Shown here piece by piece: positions 38,322 to 47,889 of a stretch of 64,000 bases of DNA. Numbering within the stretch: position 1 is the stretch's first letter; each line of letters starts with the position of its first letter. The notes under the pieces were generated by a model. That model saw nothing but the letters and a program-made list of their open reading frames with translations. It did not search any database and had not been told where the DNA came from. The translations under genes were made by a program, and so were the position numbers. Source of the stretch: SAR86 cluster bacterium AG-313-D11 (GTDB lineage Bacteria > Pseudomonadota > Gammaproteobacteria > Magnimaribacterales > D2472); NCBI GenBank assembly GCA_003284215.1, contig QBVW01000006.1:38520-102519 (forward strand), in the 5' to 3' direction.

Positions 38322-41222
38322 ATGAAAATTACCATGTTTTCTCATTGTTTAAAATTTACTGCAATAGCTTGCGGTTTATTTTGTTTTATAAATCCAATCA
38401 GCGCTCAAGATGAGCCAGTCAACTCTATTGAAGAAGTAATTGTTACATCTCAGAGAGTAGAAGAGAGCCTTCAGGACGTTCCAATTGCTGTTACAGCATT
38501 AACAGCTGAAATGCTTGAAGACCAACAAATTCAATCTGGCTCTGATTTGCAACTTGTCACTCCAAGTTTGAACTTTCAGGGTGGAGATTCTGGCGGCGGT
38601 ACATTTAATATTCGCGGCATTACAAACCTAGCTGTATCTCAAACTTCTGAATCTGGGGTTGAAATACATGTTAATGACTTACCAGTTGGCTCTACAACCA
38701 TGCAAGACGGTGAGTTTTTAGATATGGAGCGTATTGAGGTGCTTCGGGGTCCTCAAGGCACACTCTATGGCAAAAATTCTGTTGGCGGAGCTATTAATTT
38801 AATTACGGGAAGACCGAAATTTGATGAAATGACTCAAATGGTGTCAGTCGATCTTGGTGAGTACAACTTAGAGAAATTGAGATACACATTAAATTTTCCC
38901 TTAAGCGATACCATGGCTGCAAGGTTTGCTCTCATGTCTGTTGAGCGCGATGGTGATATTAAAAACATTTATTCAAAGGCTCCTACTTCTCACATTAATA
39001 ATAGAGATTCATCCGCTTATCGATTCTCCTTTGCTTGGCAGTTAAGTGATAACACAGACATTTTATTTGTCCATGATCATTACGAAGAGGACTCTAATCG
39101 TCACTATGTTAATAATAGATATTGTAAGCGTGATCCATCGGTTGCAGTTGGTTGTACTCCAGGTGGCCCTCAAGTACATGAGTTAACCCATCCCATGGCG
39201 ACTTATGTAGAAAATTTAGCAATTTTAAGCGGAATATTAGACTACACTCCAGTTACAGATATGTCTGGTGCACCTAAAGGCTTTTGGCAGTCAAACAATA
39301 GAGGTAATCCTCGATATATTATTGATCAAGACATCACTCAGCTGATTGTTAATCATTCAATTAATGATAGCTGGGATATGACTATTTCTCACTCGAGAAA
39401 AGATCGGCTGTACGATCGAACTGGAGTGTATGAATCAGAAGAATACGATCGACTTAGATTTAAGGATAATCCTTTTTTCCCTGGTGGAAATGTACCTATG
39501 ACCGGTTATGGTCCAAATTGTAATCTTGATGATGGTACTTTGGGATCATACGGTGGCTGTCTTGTCGACACTATGAATTATCCTGATGGTTATGATCGCC
39601 AATATAATCCGGATGGTGAAAATGAAGTTACTGAAATAAGATTGCAATCAAGTTTAGATGGAAACTGGAATTACTTACTAGGAGCAATTCATTCTGAGGC
39701 ATCTGGCTTAAGCGTATACGATATTGCTGCCAATGGATTAGATGCATTAGCATTATTTCCACCTACCGTCTTAACAGGGTTCCCTCAAGGTGCTGTGCAG
39801 CTATATGCACCTTTATACAGAACCTCTAGCATTGCCGCTACAAGAAGTTCAGCTGTTTTTGGCGAGATTTATTATCAAGCTAATGATAGATTGAAATACA
39901 CCTTGGGCTTAAGAAGAACTGAAGACTACAAAGAACAATATGGCCGTTCACCATTTTTAAGCGTAGTTGGATTTGGTAGTCAAGGCAATGGATTTACTGC
40001 ACTTCCTTTACCAGGTAATGAAATTCCTGCATTTGGTCAATCATGGTATGCCTCGGGAGCAGTTGGTGATCCTGAAACAGAATATGCAAATAATACAGGC
40101 CGTTTTGTAGTTGATTATGTCTTAAATGACAACACACTTGTTTACGGATCAATCTCTAAAGGATTTAAAGGTGGTGGATTTAACCCAGCGCTAGATCCTG
40201 CAAAATATCCAGACACCCCTCAGGTATTTCCCTCTACAGAATTAACTGCGTTTGAAGTTGGTTTTAAAGCTGATTTTCCAGCACAGGGTATGAGATGGAA
40301 TGCAGCAGCCTATTTATATGATGCTGAAGATTATCAAGTCACTAAAATCCAGAATAAAACACGGGTCAATGAAGGAATCGATGTTGATATGATGGGCCTA
40401 GAAAGTGAATTTATTTGGGTTCCGATTAATGCTCCTCAATGGCAAATTAACATGGGTATCGCATGGGAGAATTCAGAAATTGCTAGCGGTGAAATGATTA
40501 TGAATCCAGCAAATGCTGACCTTTGCCTGACAACAGGTTGTGGCAATTGGCATCTTATGAAAAACGCTGCTGATGGTGAGGTTTTTGTTGTAAGAAAAGA
40601 CGTAGCAACTACAATTTGGAATATGTGGCAGGGTGGTTTATGGGGCGCCGCTCAAGCACTTATTGTGCCTGCTGAGTTTCATGGTGATAGGGTCACGGGC
40701 CAACCAACACCTGTAAGTTTCTTGCCTAATGTAGCACCTGGTCATTTACCATCGTTGACAGCATCTAGAGATCTTTATTCCTCAGTTATGGTAAATACTG
40801 CTTGCGCGATACTTGGATGTAATCCAGCTGATGCAATTAAAGATGGATTGCTCTCAGATATTGGTGGCAATTCATTAACTCACCCTGAGCTTTCAATGAA
40901 TCTAGGCATCCAATACACCATGGTTACTGAAAATTATTTTGTTAATTTTAGGTTAGATGCCTACAAGCAAGATGAGCGCTATACCACCTTGTTCGACCTT
41001 GAATGGGATAAAGTTCCCTCGTGGACGGAGTACAATGCTCTTATTTCTATAACACCTTCAGTTGATGATCCAAAATGGCGTGTTGATATTTATGGCCAAA
41101 ACATAACTGATGAAAAAAATATTATGCACATTGGCGAGGCTACAGCACCCCTCGGATTCAATAAAAATATATGGGCAAGGGAGCAGGCAACCTATGGAGT
41201 TAGGTGGACTTATAACTTTTAG
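38322..41222 (+). CDS. TonB-dependent outer-membrane receptor
   Basis: It has a signal peptide and plug motifs (EEVIVTSQRVEESLQDVPIAVTA, IEVLRGPQGTLYGKNSVGGAINL), and a terminal aromatic residue (WTYNF). Confidence 0.9.
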   Translation: MKITMFSHCLKFTAIACGLFCFINPISAQDEPVNSIEEVIVTSQRVEESLQDVPIAVTALTAEMLEDQQIQSGSDLQLVTPSLNFQGGDSGGGTFNIRGITNLAVSQTSESGVEIHVNDLPVGSTTMQDGEFLDMERIEVLRGPQGTLYGKNSVGGAINLITGRPKFDEMTQMVSVDLGEYNLEKLRYTLNFPLSDTMAARFALMSVERDGDIKNIYSKAPTSHINNRDSSAYRFSFAWQLSDNTDILFVHDHYEEDSNRHYVNNRYCKRDPSVAVGCTPGGPQVHELTHPMATYVENLAILSGILDYTPVTDMSGAPKGFWQSNNRGNPRYIIDQDITQLIVNHSINDSWDMTISHSRKDRLYDRTGVYESEEYDRLRFKDNPFFPGGNVPMTGYGPNCNLDDGTLGSYGGCLVDTMNYPDGYDRQYNPDGENEVTEIRLQSSLDGNWNYLLGAIHSEASGLSVYDIAANGLDALALFPPTVLTGFPQGAVQLYAPLYRTSSIAATRSSAVFGEIYYQANDRLKYTLGLRRTEDYKEQYGRSPFLSVVGFGSQGNGFTALPLPGNEIPAFGQSWYASGAVGDPETEYANNTGRFVVDYVLNDNTLVYGSISKGFKGGGFNPALDPAKYPDTPQVFPSTELTAFEVGFKADFPAQGMRWNAAAYLYDAEDYQVTKIQNKTRVNEGIDVDMMGLESEFIWVPINAPQWQINMGIAWENSEIASGEMIMNPANADLCLTTGCGNWHLMKNAADGEVFVVRKDVATTIWNMWQGGLWGAAQALIVPAEFHGDRVTGQPTPVSFLPNVAPGHLPSLTASRDLYSSVMVNTACAILGCNPADAIKDGLLSDIGGNSLTHPELSMNLGIQYTMVTENYFVNFRLDAYKQDERYTTLFDLEWDKVPSWTEYNALISITPSVDDPKWRVDIYGQNITDEKNIMHIGEATAPLGFNKNIWAREQATYGVRWTYNF

Positions 41223-41235
41223 TAAAAAAAAGATT

Positions 41236-41267
41236 AAAAAGGCTCTACTGATAGGGCCTTTTTTTTG
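41236..41267 (+). terminator. probable rho-independent terminator
   Basis: AAAAAGGCTC-(8-nt loop)-GGGCC followed by T8. The stem includes one G-U pair. Confidence 0.55.
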
Positions 41268-41360
41268 GGTATATAGTTATCATGCCTTGACAAACAAATG
41301 AGAATCATTCTCAATAAGAGTTACACAAATATTTATACAAAATTTAAATTTGGAGAAAAA

Positions 41361-42068
41361 ATGAAAAAGCTTTTTTTATTACCAATGGCTATCTTTATGA
41401 TGTCATTTCAATTTTTGCAAGCTGACGGTTACATTGCATCCTATTCAATCAAGGTGTCTGATGTGTCTGCTTTTGCAAAATCATTTGATGGTTTAATGAG
41501 TTCTGATTTTGGAAAGAAGTTTCCCGGAACAGTTACTTTAGGTCACTTTGCATTTAATGGCTATGATGATGCAACTCATGCTGTTGTTATTAGCTATGAT
41601 TCAGAAACCGATATGGCTAACGGCACTCAGATGTTTTACACGCCTGTATTCGGTGCATTTTTAGATGATGTTCAGAGTATTTCAGAGCCTGTAGAACAAT
41701 CTCTAAATAGAAAGCTTATAAGCGGAGGTAATGATAAACAAACAGATAATGCCGTATATACAACCTATTATATGTCTGTTAAAAATCCCAAGAAATATGC
41801 TGGCGCATGGAAAAAGCTTATTGATGCTCAAGTAGCTGATAATAATATTTCTGGTTCCTATGGTTTAAGAGCCCATACTCATGGAGATAATAATTACTAT
41901 TCTCACTACGCATATACTGGCTCTACTAACATAGAAGCAGCTGTAGAGGAGCAGAAAAATCTTATGCAAAGCGAATCTTTTAAAATATTCACAAAGAATG
42001 CTAAACGTGAGGTTAAGAAAACAACAATGATGGTTGTTATGGCTACTTACAACTATCCAAATTCATAG
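41361..42068 (+). CDS. secreted protein of unknown function with two tandem ~100-aa alpha+beta-barrel-like repeats
   Basis: It has a signal peptide (FQFLQA) and an SD (GGAG) before the ATG at 41361. The internal repeat is YSIKVSDVSAFAKSF... versus YYMSVKNPKKYAGAW.... Confidence 0.5.
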   Translation: MKKLFLLPMAIFMMSFQFLQADGYIASYSIKVSDVSAFAKSFDGLMSSDFGKKFPGTVTLGHFAFNGYDDATHAVVISYDSETDMANGTQMFYTPVFGAFLDDVQSISEPVEQSLNRKLISGGNDKQTDNAVYTTYYMSVKNPKKYAGAWKKLIDAQVADNNISGSYGLRAHTHGDNNYYSHYAYTGSTNIEAAVEEQKNLMQSESFKIFTKNAKREVKKTTMMVVMATYNYPNS

Positions 42069-42079
42069 GAGTGAAAATT

Positions 42080-42817
42080 ATGAGAAATTTATTTTTGATT
42101 AGCTTATTAGTTTCAAGTTTTTTTGTTCAATCTCAAGAAGTGCCTGATCCTATCAGGGCTGAGTACTTGATGTGCAATCTAAACGATGGAAAAACCTTTG
42201 ATGATTTTATGAAATGGTCTAAGTCATGGAATAAGGTCATGGATGCCACTGATGAGTCTGGTTACGATGCAGCAATTATGGTCCCTAGATACCGCTCACC
42301 ACTTACTGATTTTGATATGTTTTGGGTTGGACATACTGACACAGCAACAAATATGGGTAGAGCTTTAGATAACTGGTTTGGTGATGGGTTTAAAAAAGTA
42401 AGAGATTCCATACCAGTAACCTGTGTCCAGGCATTTAATGCAGTTCAATGGGTTTTAGAGTCTAATTTTAGCCCAGAGGATTTATCAGAGGCCTATCCAG
42501 TATCTTATCGTTACTGTAATTTGAAAGAAGGCAAGACTCTAACAGACGCCTATGTCAATCTAAGCAATCAAATGAAAATTTCTCATAAGGCAGGCATTAA
42601 AAATAGCGCTCGTTTAATAAGACCTAGTAATGGAGCTCCTGCGCAACTTGCTGATTACGATTTCGTATTATCCTATGGCTCACCTGAGTGGGAAGAATGG
42701 GGTAAAGCAATTGATCATTATTGGTCAGATGTAAATAATACAGATGAGAATAAAGCTGTTAGGGAGACCTATTCTTGTGAGAATTCAAGAATGTATTCCG
42801 GCACCGTAATTAGATAA
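42080..42817 (+). CDS. secreted protein of unknown function with a clear internal tandem duplication
   Basis: It has a signal peptide and an AGGAG SD 8 nt before the ATG at 42080. The repeats are YLMCNLNDGKTFDDF...DFDMFWVGH...MGRALDNWF versus YRYCNLKEGKTLTDA...DYDFVLSYG...WGKAIDHYW. Confidence 0.5.
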   Translation: MRNLFLISLLVSSFFVQSQEVPDPIRAEYLMCNLNDGKTFDDFMKWSKSWNKVMDATDESGYDAAIMVPRYRSPLTDFDMFWVGHTDTATNMGRALDNWFGDGFKKVRDSIPVTCVQAFNAVQWVLESNFSPEDLSEAYPVSYRYCNLKEGKTLTDAYVNLSNQMKISHKAGIKNSARLIRPSNGAPAQLADYDFVLSYGSPEWEEWGKAIDHYWSDVNNTDENKAVRETYSCENSRMYSGTVIR

Positions 42818-42836
42818 AAAATATATTTAATATATG

Positions 42837-42865
42837 AAAAAAGGGGTCTTGAGACCCCTTTTTTA
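42837..42865 (+). terminator. rho-independent terminator
   Basis: AAAAAGGGGTC-TTGA-GACCCC followed by T6. Confidence 0.8.
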
Positions 42866-43043
42866 TTGTATGACACTATTTATGTCATACTTTACAATAA
42901 ACATTTTATCTTTAGCTCAATATCATGATTACTAATATTATTTGATTAAACGAAATTATTAATTGAATTGCTAATTTTATACTAGGCCACTATTTTTATT
43001 TGCTAGACTATAGCTTTATTTTAATTTCATAAGCGAAAAAAAA

Positions 43044-45212
43044 GTGGCAGACAAATATATTACAAAGGGTTCATTATCAGTTTCAACAGACCTAGAATTA
43101 TTTCTAAAATCTGAGGTACTACCAGGGTTAGATTTATCTGAAGAACATTTTTGGATCAGTTTAGAGCAAATTATTGCTGAATTTCATCCAAGAAATAAAG
43201 AGTTGCTGGAGATCAGAGAATCTATGCAGGAACAAATTGATGCATGGCATATAGCTCACCCCGGTTTAGAAAAAAACTTAGATGTATATAAAGATTTTTT
43301 GAAGGATATTGGTTATCTGTTAGAAGAGAGCGAAGACTTTAGTATTTCAACACAGAATGTTGATCCAGAAATTTCATCAATTGCAGGACCTCAATTAGTT
43401 GTTCCAATTTCGAATGCAAGGTTTGCCTTGAATGCTGCTAACGCAAGATGGGGAAGTCTTTATGATGCCTTATACGGTACAGACATGATTTCTGAGGAAG
43501 ATGGAGCCTCAAGAGCTGGTGCATATAATCCTCTTCGAGGAGATAAAGTTATTGAATTTGCAAAGAAATTTTTAGATGAAAATTTTCCCCTTGAGAGTTC
43601 GAGTTATGTAGAGGCTAATTCTTTTAACATTAATAATGGCCTTTTGGAAATTGGCCTTATGAGTGGAGAGATCACGACTCTTGTCAACAGTGAGCAATTT
43701 CAAGGTTACCAAGGGACATCAGATCAGCCTTCGGGAGTATTGCTAAAAAACAACAGCCTTCATGCTGAAATTCAAATTGATCCTAATCATTCAGTAGGTG
43801 CAACAGACCCTGCGGGCATAAAAGATGTCCTGCTAGAATCTGCAATCACAACGATTCAAGATTGTGAGGATTCAGTCGCAGCAGTCGATGGAGAGGACAA
43901 GGTTTCAGTATACAGAAATTGGTTAGGTCTCATGAAAGGCGATCTAAAAGAAACCTTTATGAAAGGAGGTGTAGAAATGACACGCTCTCTCAATGCTGAC
44001 AGAAACTATACTGCATCAGATGGTTCGAATCTTACGCTTTCAGGAAGGAGCTTGATGCTGGTTAGAAATGTTGGACACTTAATGACCAGCCCTGCAATCC
44101 TTGATCAGAACGGTCAAGAAATCCCTGAAGGTATTTTGGACGCGATGTTTACAATCTGCATCGCAATGCATGACTTAAATGGTGATAGCGACATTAAAAA
44201 TTCTCAAGCAGGAAGTATTTATATTGTGAAGCCAAAGATGCATGGCCCTGATGAAGTTCAATTTACATGTGATTTATTTTCAGCGGTAGAAAAATCCCTA
44301 AATCTGAGTCAGCTGACTGCGAAAGTTGGGATTATGGATGAAGAAAGAAGAACCACGGTTAATCTGAAAGAATGTATTCGAATTGCGAAAGATAGAGTCA
44401 TTTTTATTAATACAGGATTTTTAGATAGAACTGGAGATGAAATTCATACGAGCATGGAAGCTGGCCCAATGATTCCCAAAGCAGAAATGAAACAGCAGCC
44501 GTGGATTCTTGCTTACGAGGACTGGAATGTTGACTCAGGTCTTGAGACTGGGTTCAAGGGAAATGCGCAGATAGGCAAAGGTATGTGGGCAATGCCAGAC
44601 GAAATGCTGAATATGTATAAAACTAAAACTATGCATCCAGAATCTGGGGCAAACTGTGCATGGGTTCCTTCGCCTACAGGCGCAACTCTTCACGCGATGC
44701 ACTATCATCAAATTTTAGTATCTGATCGCCAGCAAATATTGCTTGAACGCACCAAAGCAAGTCTTAATGATATTTTAACAATCCCAGTAATGTCAGAGCC
44801 AGGCTCTTTATCTCCGGAAGATATACAAATGGAATTGGACAATAATGCCCAAGGCATTTTAGGTTACGTGGTTCGATGGGTAGACCAAGGAGTTGGATGT
44901 TCCAAAGTGCCTGATATAAATAATATAGGACTGATGGAGGATAGAGCTACGTGTAGAATATCCAGTCAACACATAGCGAATTGGTTGCATCACTCTATTT
45001 GCTCCGCAGATCAAGTGCTAGAAACCATGAAGCGAATGGCTATGGTAGTTGATCAGCAAAACTCTGGCGATCCTTCGTATCAACCTATGGCACCATCCTA
45101 CGAGGGTGTTGCATTTAAAGCAGCTTGCAATCTAGCATTAGAAGGAAGGGTTCAGCCCAGCGGATATACTGAGCCGATCTTGCATGAAATGAGATTAAAA
45201 TTTAAAGCTTAA
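43044..45212 (+). CDS. glcB: malate synthase G
   Basis: The 722 aa have an N-terminus colinear with E. coli GlcB (...EVLPG...FW...). The start is GTG. Confidence 0.9.
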   Translation: MADKYITKGSLSVSTDLELFLKSEVLPGLDLSEEHFWISLEQIIAEFHPRNKELLEIRESMQEQIDAWHIAHPGLEKNLDVYKDFLKDIGYLLEESEDFSISTQNVDPEISSIAGPQLVVPISNARFALNAANARWGSLYDALYGTDMISEEDGASRAGAYNPLRGDKVIEFAKKFLDENFPLESSSYVEANSFNINNGLLEIGLMSGEITTLVNSEQFQGYQGTSDQPSGVLLKNNSLHAEIQIDPNHSVGATDPAGIKDVLLESAITTIQDCEDSVAAVDGEDKVSVYRNWLGLMKGDLKETFMKGGVEMTRSLNADRNYTASDGSNLTLSGRSLMLVRNVGHLMTSPAILDQNGQEIPEGILDAMFTICIAMHDLNGDSDIKNSQAGSIYIVKPKMHGPDEVQFTCDLFSAVEKSLNLSQLTAKVGIMDEERRTTVNLKECIRIAKDRVIFINTGFLDRTGDEIHTSMEAGPMIPKAEMKQQPWILAYEDWNVDSGLETGFKGNAQIGKGMWAMPDEMLNMYKTKTMHPESGANCAWVPSPTGATLHAMHYHQILVSDRQQILLERTKASLNDILTIPVMSEPGSLSPEDIQMELDNNAQGILGYVVRWVDQGVGCSKVPDINNIGLMEDRATCRISSQHIANWLHHSICSADQVLETMKRMAMVVDQQNSGDPSYQPMAPSYEGVAFKAACNLALEGRVQPSGYTEPILHEMRLKFKA

Positions 45213-45499
45213 TGAAAGCTTATTGGATCACAAGATGTCATGTTCATAATTCAGATGAGTACGATGAATACATCAAGTTAGCTGGACCAGCGATTAATAA
45301 TTATGGAGGCACTTTCCTTGTGCGGGGCGGTAAGCAGATTGAGTTAGAGGGCGGACCATACGAAAGAACTGTATTGGTTGAGTTTAACTCAATGAATGAG
45401 GCAAAGCTTTGTTATGAATCTAGCGAATATCAAGACGCCTTAAAGTATTCCTCAAATTCTTCTTACCGACACGTCGTTTTAGTGGAGGGAATTAATTAA
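45212..45499 (+). CDS. DUF1330-family small protein
   Basis: The 95 aa begin MKAYWI...YGG.FLVRGG, which is typical of DUF1330. TAATG junctions overlap both neighbours. Confidence 0.65.
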   Translation: MKAYWITRCHVHNSDEYDEYIKLAGPAINNYGGTFLVRGGKQIELEGGPYERTVLVEFNSMNEAKLCYESSEYQDALKYSSNSSYRHVVLVEGIN

Positions 45500-47538
45500 T
45501 GAGAGATGTCTTTATTTTAAGAACTTTATTAAGTTTTGCCATAATTTTTACACTCAATCTATCTTCAAAAGAGCAATCTGATGCAGATAGTTTTTTTGGA
45601 AGAGAAGCACCTGTTTATCCTGCCCCAGATCATCTAATTGGCTGGATAGACTCAAGACAAATTTTTACATTGAATGGAGAATGGAGTTACATAGTTGATC
45701 CTATGAATAATGGCTTGCCTGAGTCGTCATTCTTTGGAGGATTTCCTAAAAATAAAATTCAAAAAACTGGGATGGAGTTGATTGAGTATAATTTCGAAAC
45801 TGCTTCAAAAATTAATATTCCAGGAGCTTGGAATGCTGAGGATGAAAAACTATTTTTTTACAGAGGTCCAGTCTGGCTCTTCAAAAAATTTAATTATGTG
45901 CCAAAAAAACAGTTATTAACTCATCTCTACATTGAAGGAAGCAACTTTACTACAAAGATATTTATAAATGGATTAATTGTTGGAGAGTTTGAAGGTGGCT
46001 ATGTCCCATTTAATTTTGAAATCTCCAAATATTTAAAAGATGGAGAAAATATTTTGTTGGTACAAACCGACAATACTCTTAATCAGTCCTCTGTGCCAAC
46101 GCAAAAAACTGATTGGTGGCCTTGGGGAGGGATTGTTGGTGATGTATATATTGTCGAGACTCCAAAGAACTTTATTCAAAATGCATATCTGCAGCTAAAT
46201 CCTAAAAATTTATCTAACGCTTTTTTTAATCTAGAGATGAGCAAGGAGTTATCAGGACAAAGGATAGTGCTAGAAATTCCTGAGCTTCAGTTTAAAAAAG
46301 AATTTCTTACCAATGCTGATGGATTTGTCAGAGAAAATATAGAAATTTCGCCACAGCTTTGGTCACCAACTGACCCAAAACTATATGACATAATCATTTC
46401 TTCTAATCAAGAAAGTATCTCTGATGAGATAGGATTTCGTTCCATCAAAGTAGATGGGCCAAATATATATCTAAATAATATTGAGATTAAGTTTAAGGGA
46501 ATTGCTATGCATTCTGAGCCTATTGGAATACCAGGCCCGGCTTTTTCAAAAGATCATTTTGAAAACCTTCTTTTAACGGCCAAAGACCTTAATATTAATT
46601 TTGTCAGAGCGGCGCATTATCCATATACTCGCCATTTAGCTAGGGCTGCAGATAAACTGGGCCTAATGCTGTGGGAAGAAGTTCCTGTTTATTGGAATAT
46701 TGATTGGGATAATTCTGAGACATTAAATATTGCAACCAACCAAATTAAAAGATTGGTGCAAAGAGATCAAAATAGGGCATCTGTGGTGGTTTGGTCTGTG
46801 GCAAATGAAACCCCATTATCTTCTTCAAGAATGAGATTTTTGAATACACTTCTGTCTGAGATAGAGGCTATTGACTCAACGCGATTAACTACAGCAGCTC
46901 TTTTGTCTGGAAGTGAAGAACAGTTTAAAGCATTGGTTTTAGTTTTAGCATTACAGGGAATTAAATCTTCATGGGTGAGCCCAAAAGAAAAAATTATCTT
47001 TCAATCCATCTTAGCTCAAGCAAATATACCAATTGATAGCAACTTAAATTTTTCCATTTCAATTGACGATCCACTTGGCAAAAGCGTAGATCTAATTTCA
47101 TACAATGAATACTTCGGTTGGTATTACGTAACTTTTTTTACAGAACAAATGATGATTTCTGAAGGCACGCTCAGGAAATTGATGTTTGAGGTTATGCCTA
47201 ACATAAAAATCAGCTCTGTTTTTAATAAGCCCATTCATATATCTGAATTTGGTGCTGGGGCAAAATATGGAAATCATTCAAATAAAATTTGGTCCGAAGA
47301 GTATCAAGCACAACTCTACAAACATCAATTAGAAATGTTGTCTAAGAATCCCCAAATTAAAGGAATTAGTCCATGGGTCTTTAAAGACTTTAGGGCCATG
47401 TTAAGACCATTACCAGGAATTCAAGATTTTTATAATAGAAAAGGTTTGATAGATGAGTCTGGAAATAAAAAATTAGCTTTTGAAGTCTTAGCAGATTTTT
47501 ATGAAAATAAATGGAATATTGAATCTCCATCAAATTAA
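45499..47538 (+). CDS. glycoside hydrolase family 2 (beta-glucuronidase/beta-galactosidase-like), with an N-terminal hydrophobic signal or anchor
   Basis: It has a GH2 sugar-binding domain, an acid/base motif (VVVWSVANE) and a nucleophile motif (ISEFG). Confidence 0.75.
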   Translation: MRDVFILRTLLSFAIIFTLNLSSKEQSDADSFFGREAPVYPAPDHLIGWIDSRQIFTLNGEWSYIVDPMNNGLPESSFFGGFPKNKIQKTGMELIEYNFETASKINIPGAWNAEDEKLFFYRGPVWLFKKFNYVPKKQLLTHLYIEGSNFTTKIFINGLIVGEFEGGYVPFNFEISKYLKDGENILLVQTDNTLNQSSVPTQKTDWWPWGGIVGDVYIVETPKNFIQNAYLQLNPKNLSNAFFNLEMSKELSGQRIVLEIPELQFKKEFLTNADGFVRENIEISPQLWSPTDPKLYDIIISSNQESISDEIGFRSIKVDGPNIYLNNIEIKFKGIAMHSEPIGIPGPAFSKDHFENLLLTAKDLNINFVRAAHYPYTRHLARAADKLGLMLWEEVPVYWNIDWDNSETLNIATNQIKRLVQRDQNRASVVVWSVANETPLSSSRMRFLNTLLSEIEAIDSTRLTTAALLSGSEEQFKALVLVLALQGIKSSWVSPKEKIIFQSILAQANIPIDSNLNFSISIDDPLGKSVDLISYNEYFGWYYVTFFTEQMMISEGTLRKLMFEVMPNIKISSVFNKPIHISEFGAGAKYGNHSNKIWSEEYQAQLYKHQLEMLSKNPQIKGISPWVFKDFRAMLRPLPGIQDFYNRKGLIDESGNKKLAFEVLADFYENKWNIESPSN

Positions 47539-47561
47539 TTATATTTTTTTAATAAAAAGTG

Positions 47562-47589
47562 TTGACTCTATTTACTAAAGGCGTATATT
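47562..47589 (+). promoter_or_regulatory. near-consensus sigma70 promoter
   Basis: TTGACT (47562-67), a 16-nt spacer and TATATT (47584-89). Confidence 0.6.
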
Positions 47590-47595
47590 TAATAG

Positions 47596-47814
47596 ACCAA
47601 CTCGGACCGACTTACAAACAACTGCAGACGGGAGTAAGAGAGAAAGAGAAGGAAGAGACGAAGGGCGAAAGCGATACTAAGAGTCGACGATAAAAAAGAG
47701 CTTAGTAACCCACCAAGGAGGAAAGAGAAAGCCTCCAAGGAGCTAAAGAGATTCTCACTTTAGACCCCTTCCAATCTCGAACTGAAAAGACAGAGCTTAG
47801 CTCTGTTTTTTTTT
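47596..47814 (+). ncRNA. candidate novel purine-rich small RNA, or a long regulatory leader of pyk
   Basis: It is bounded by the promoter above and the terminator below. There is no ATG, GTG or TTG in the body. It is visibly more G-rich than the flanks. It contains the hairpin CC-AA-GGAGG-(10 nt)-CCUCC-AA-GG and a duplicated AGAGCUUAG 9-mer. Confidence 0.5.
47790..47814 (+). terminator. rho-independent terminator
   Basis: ACAGAGC-TTA-GCTCTGT followed by a run of nine T. Confidence 0.8.
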
Positions 47815-47889
47815 GTTTGTAATAAAGTTAAGCCCTGAATCTTCTCACAAGAACTTCACTTTGACCTTTAACAGAGTATCATCTCGATC

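Noticed and set aside
41110-41301. The 63-aa ORF overlapping the end of the TonB receptor and its terminator
   Set aside because: It is in a different frame from the receptor's C-terminal barrel strands and runs through the terminator hairpin. It has no SD.
47596-47814. Identity of the purine-rich RNA with a known housekeeping RNA (6S, 4.5S/SRP, RNase P, tmRNA) or with a TRAP-like (G/U)AG repeat target
   Set aside because: There is no tRNA-like end, no SRP GGAA-tetraloop helix, no RNase P GAGGAAAGUCC core, and no long 6S-type self-complementary hairpin. The GAG/UAG triplets are numerous but irregularly spaced (5 to 26 nt apart), unlike TRAP sites.
47751-47822. An ATT-initiated 23-codon ORF, 8 nt after the second AAGGAG inside the candidate RNA
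   Set aside because: It would need a rare ATT start and it runs through the terminator hairpin. There is no supporting evidence, so it is noted only as an alternative to test by ribosome profiling.
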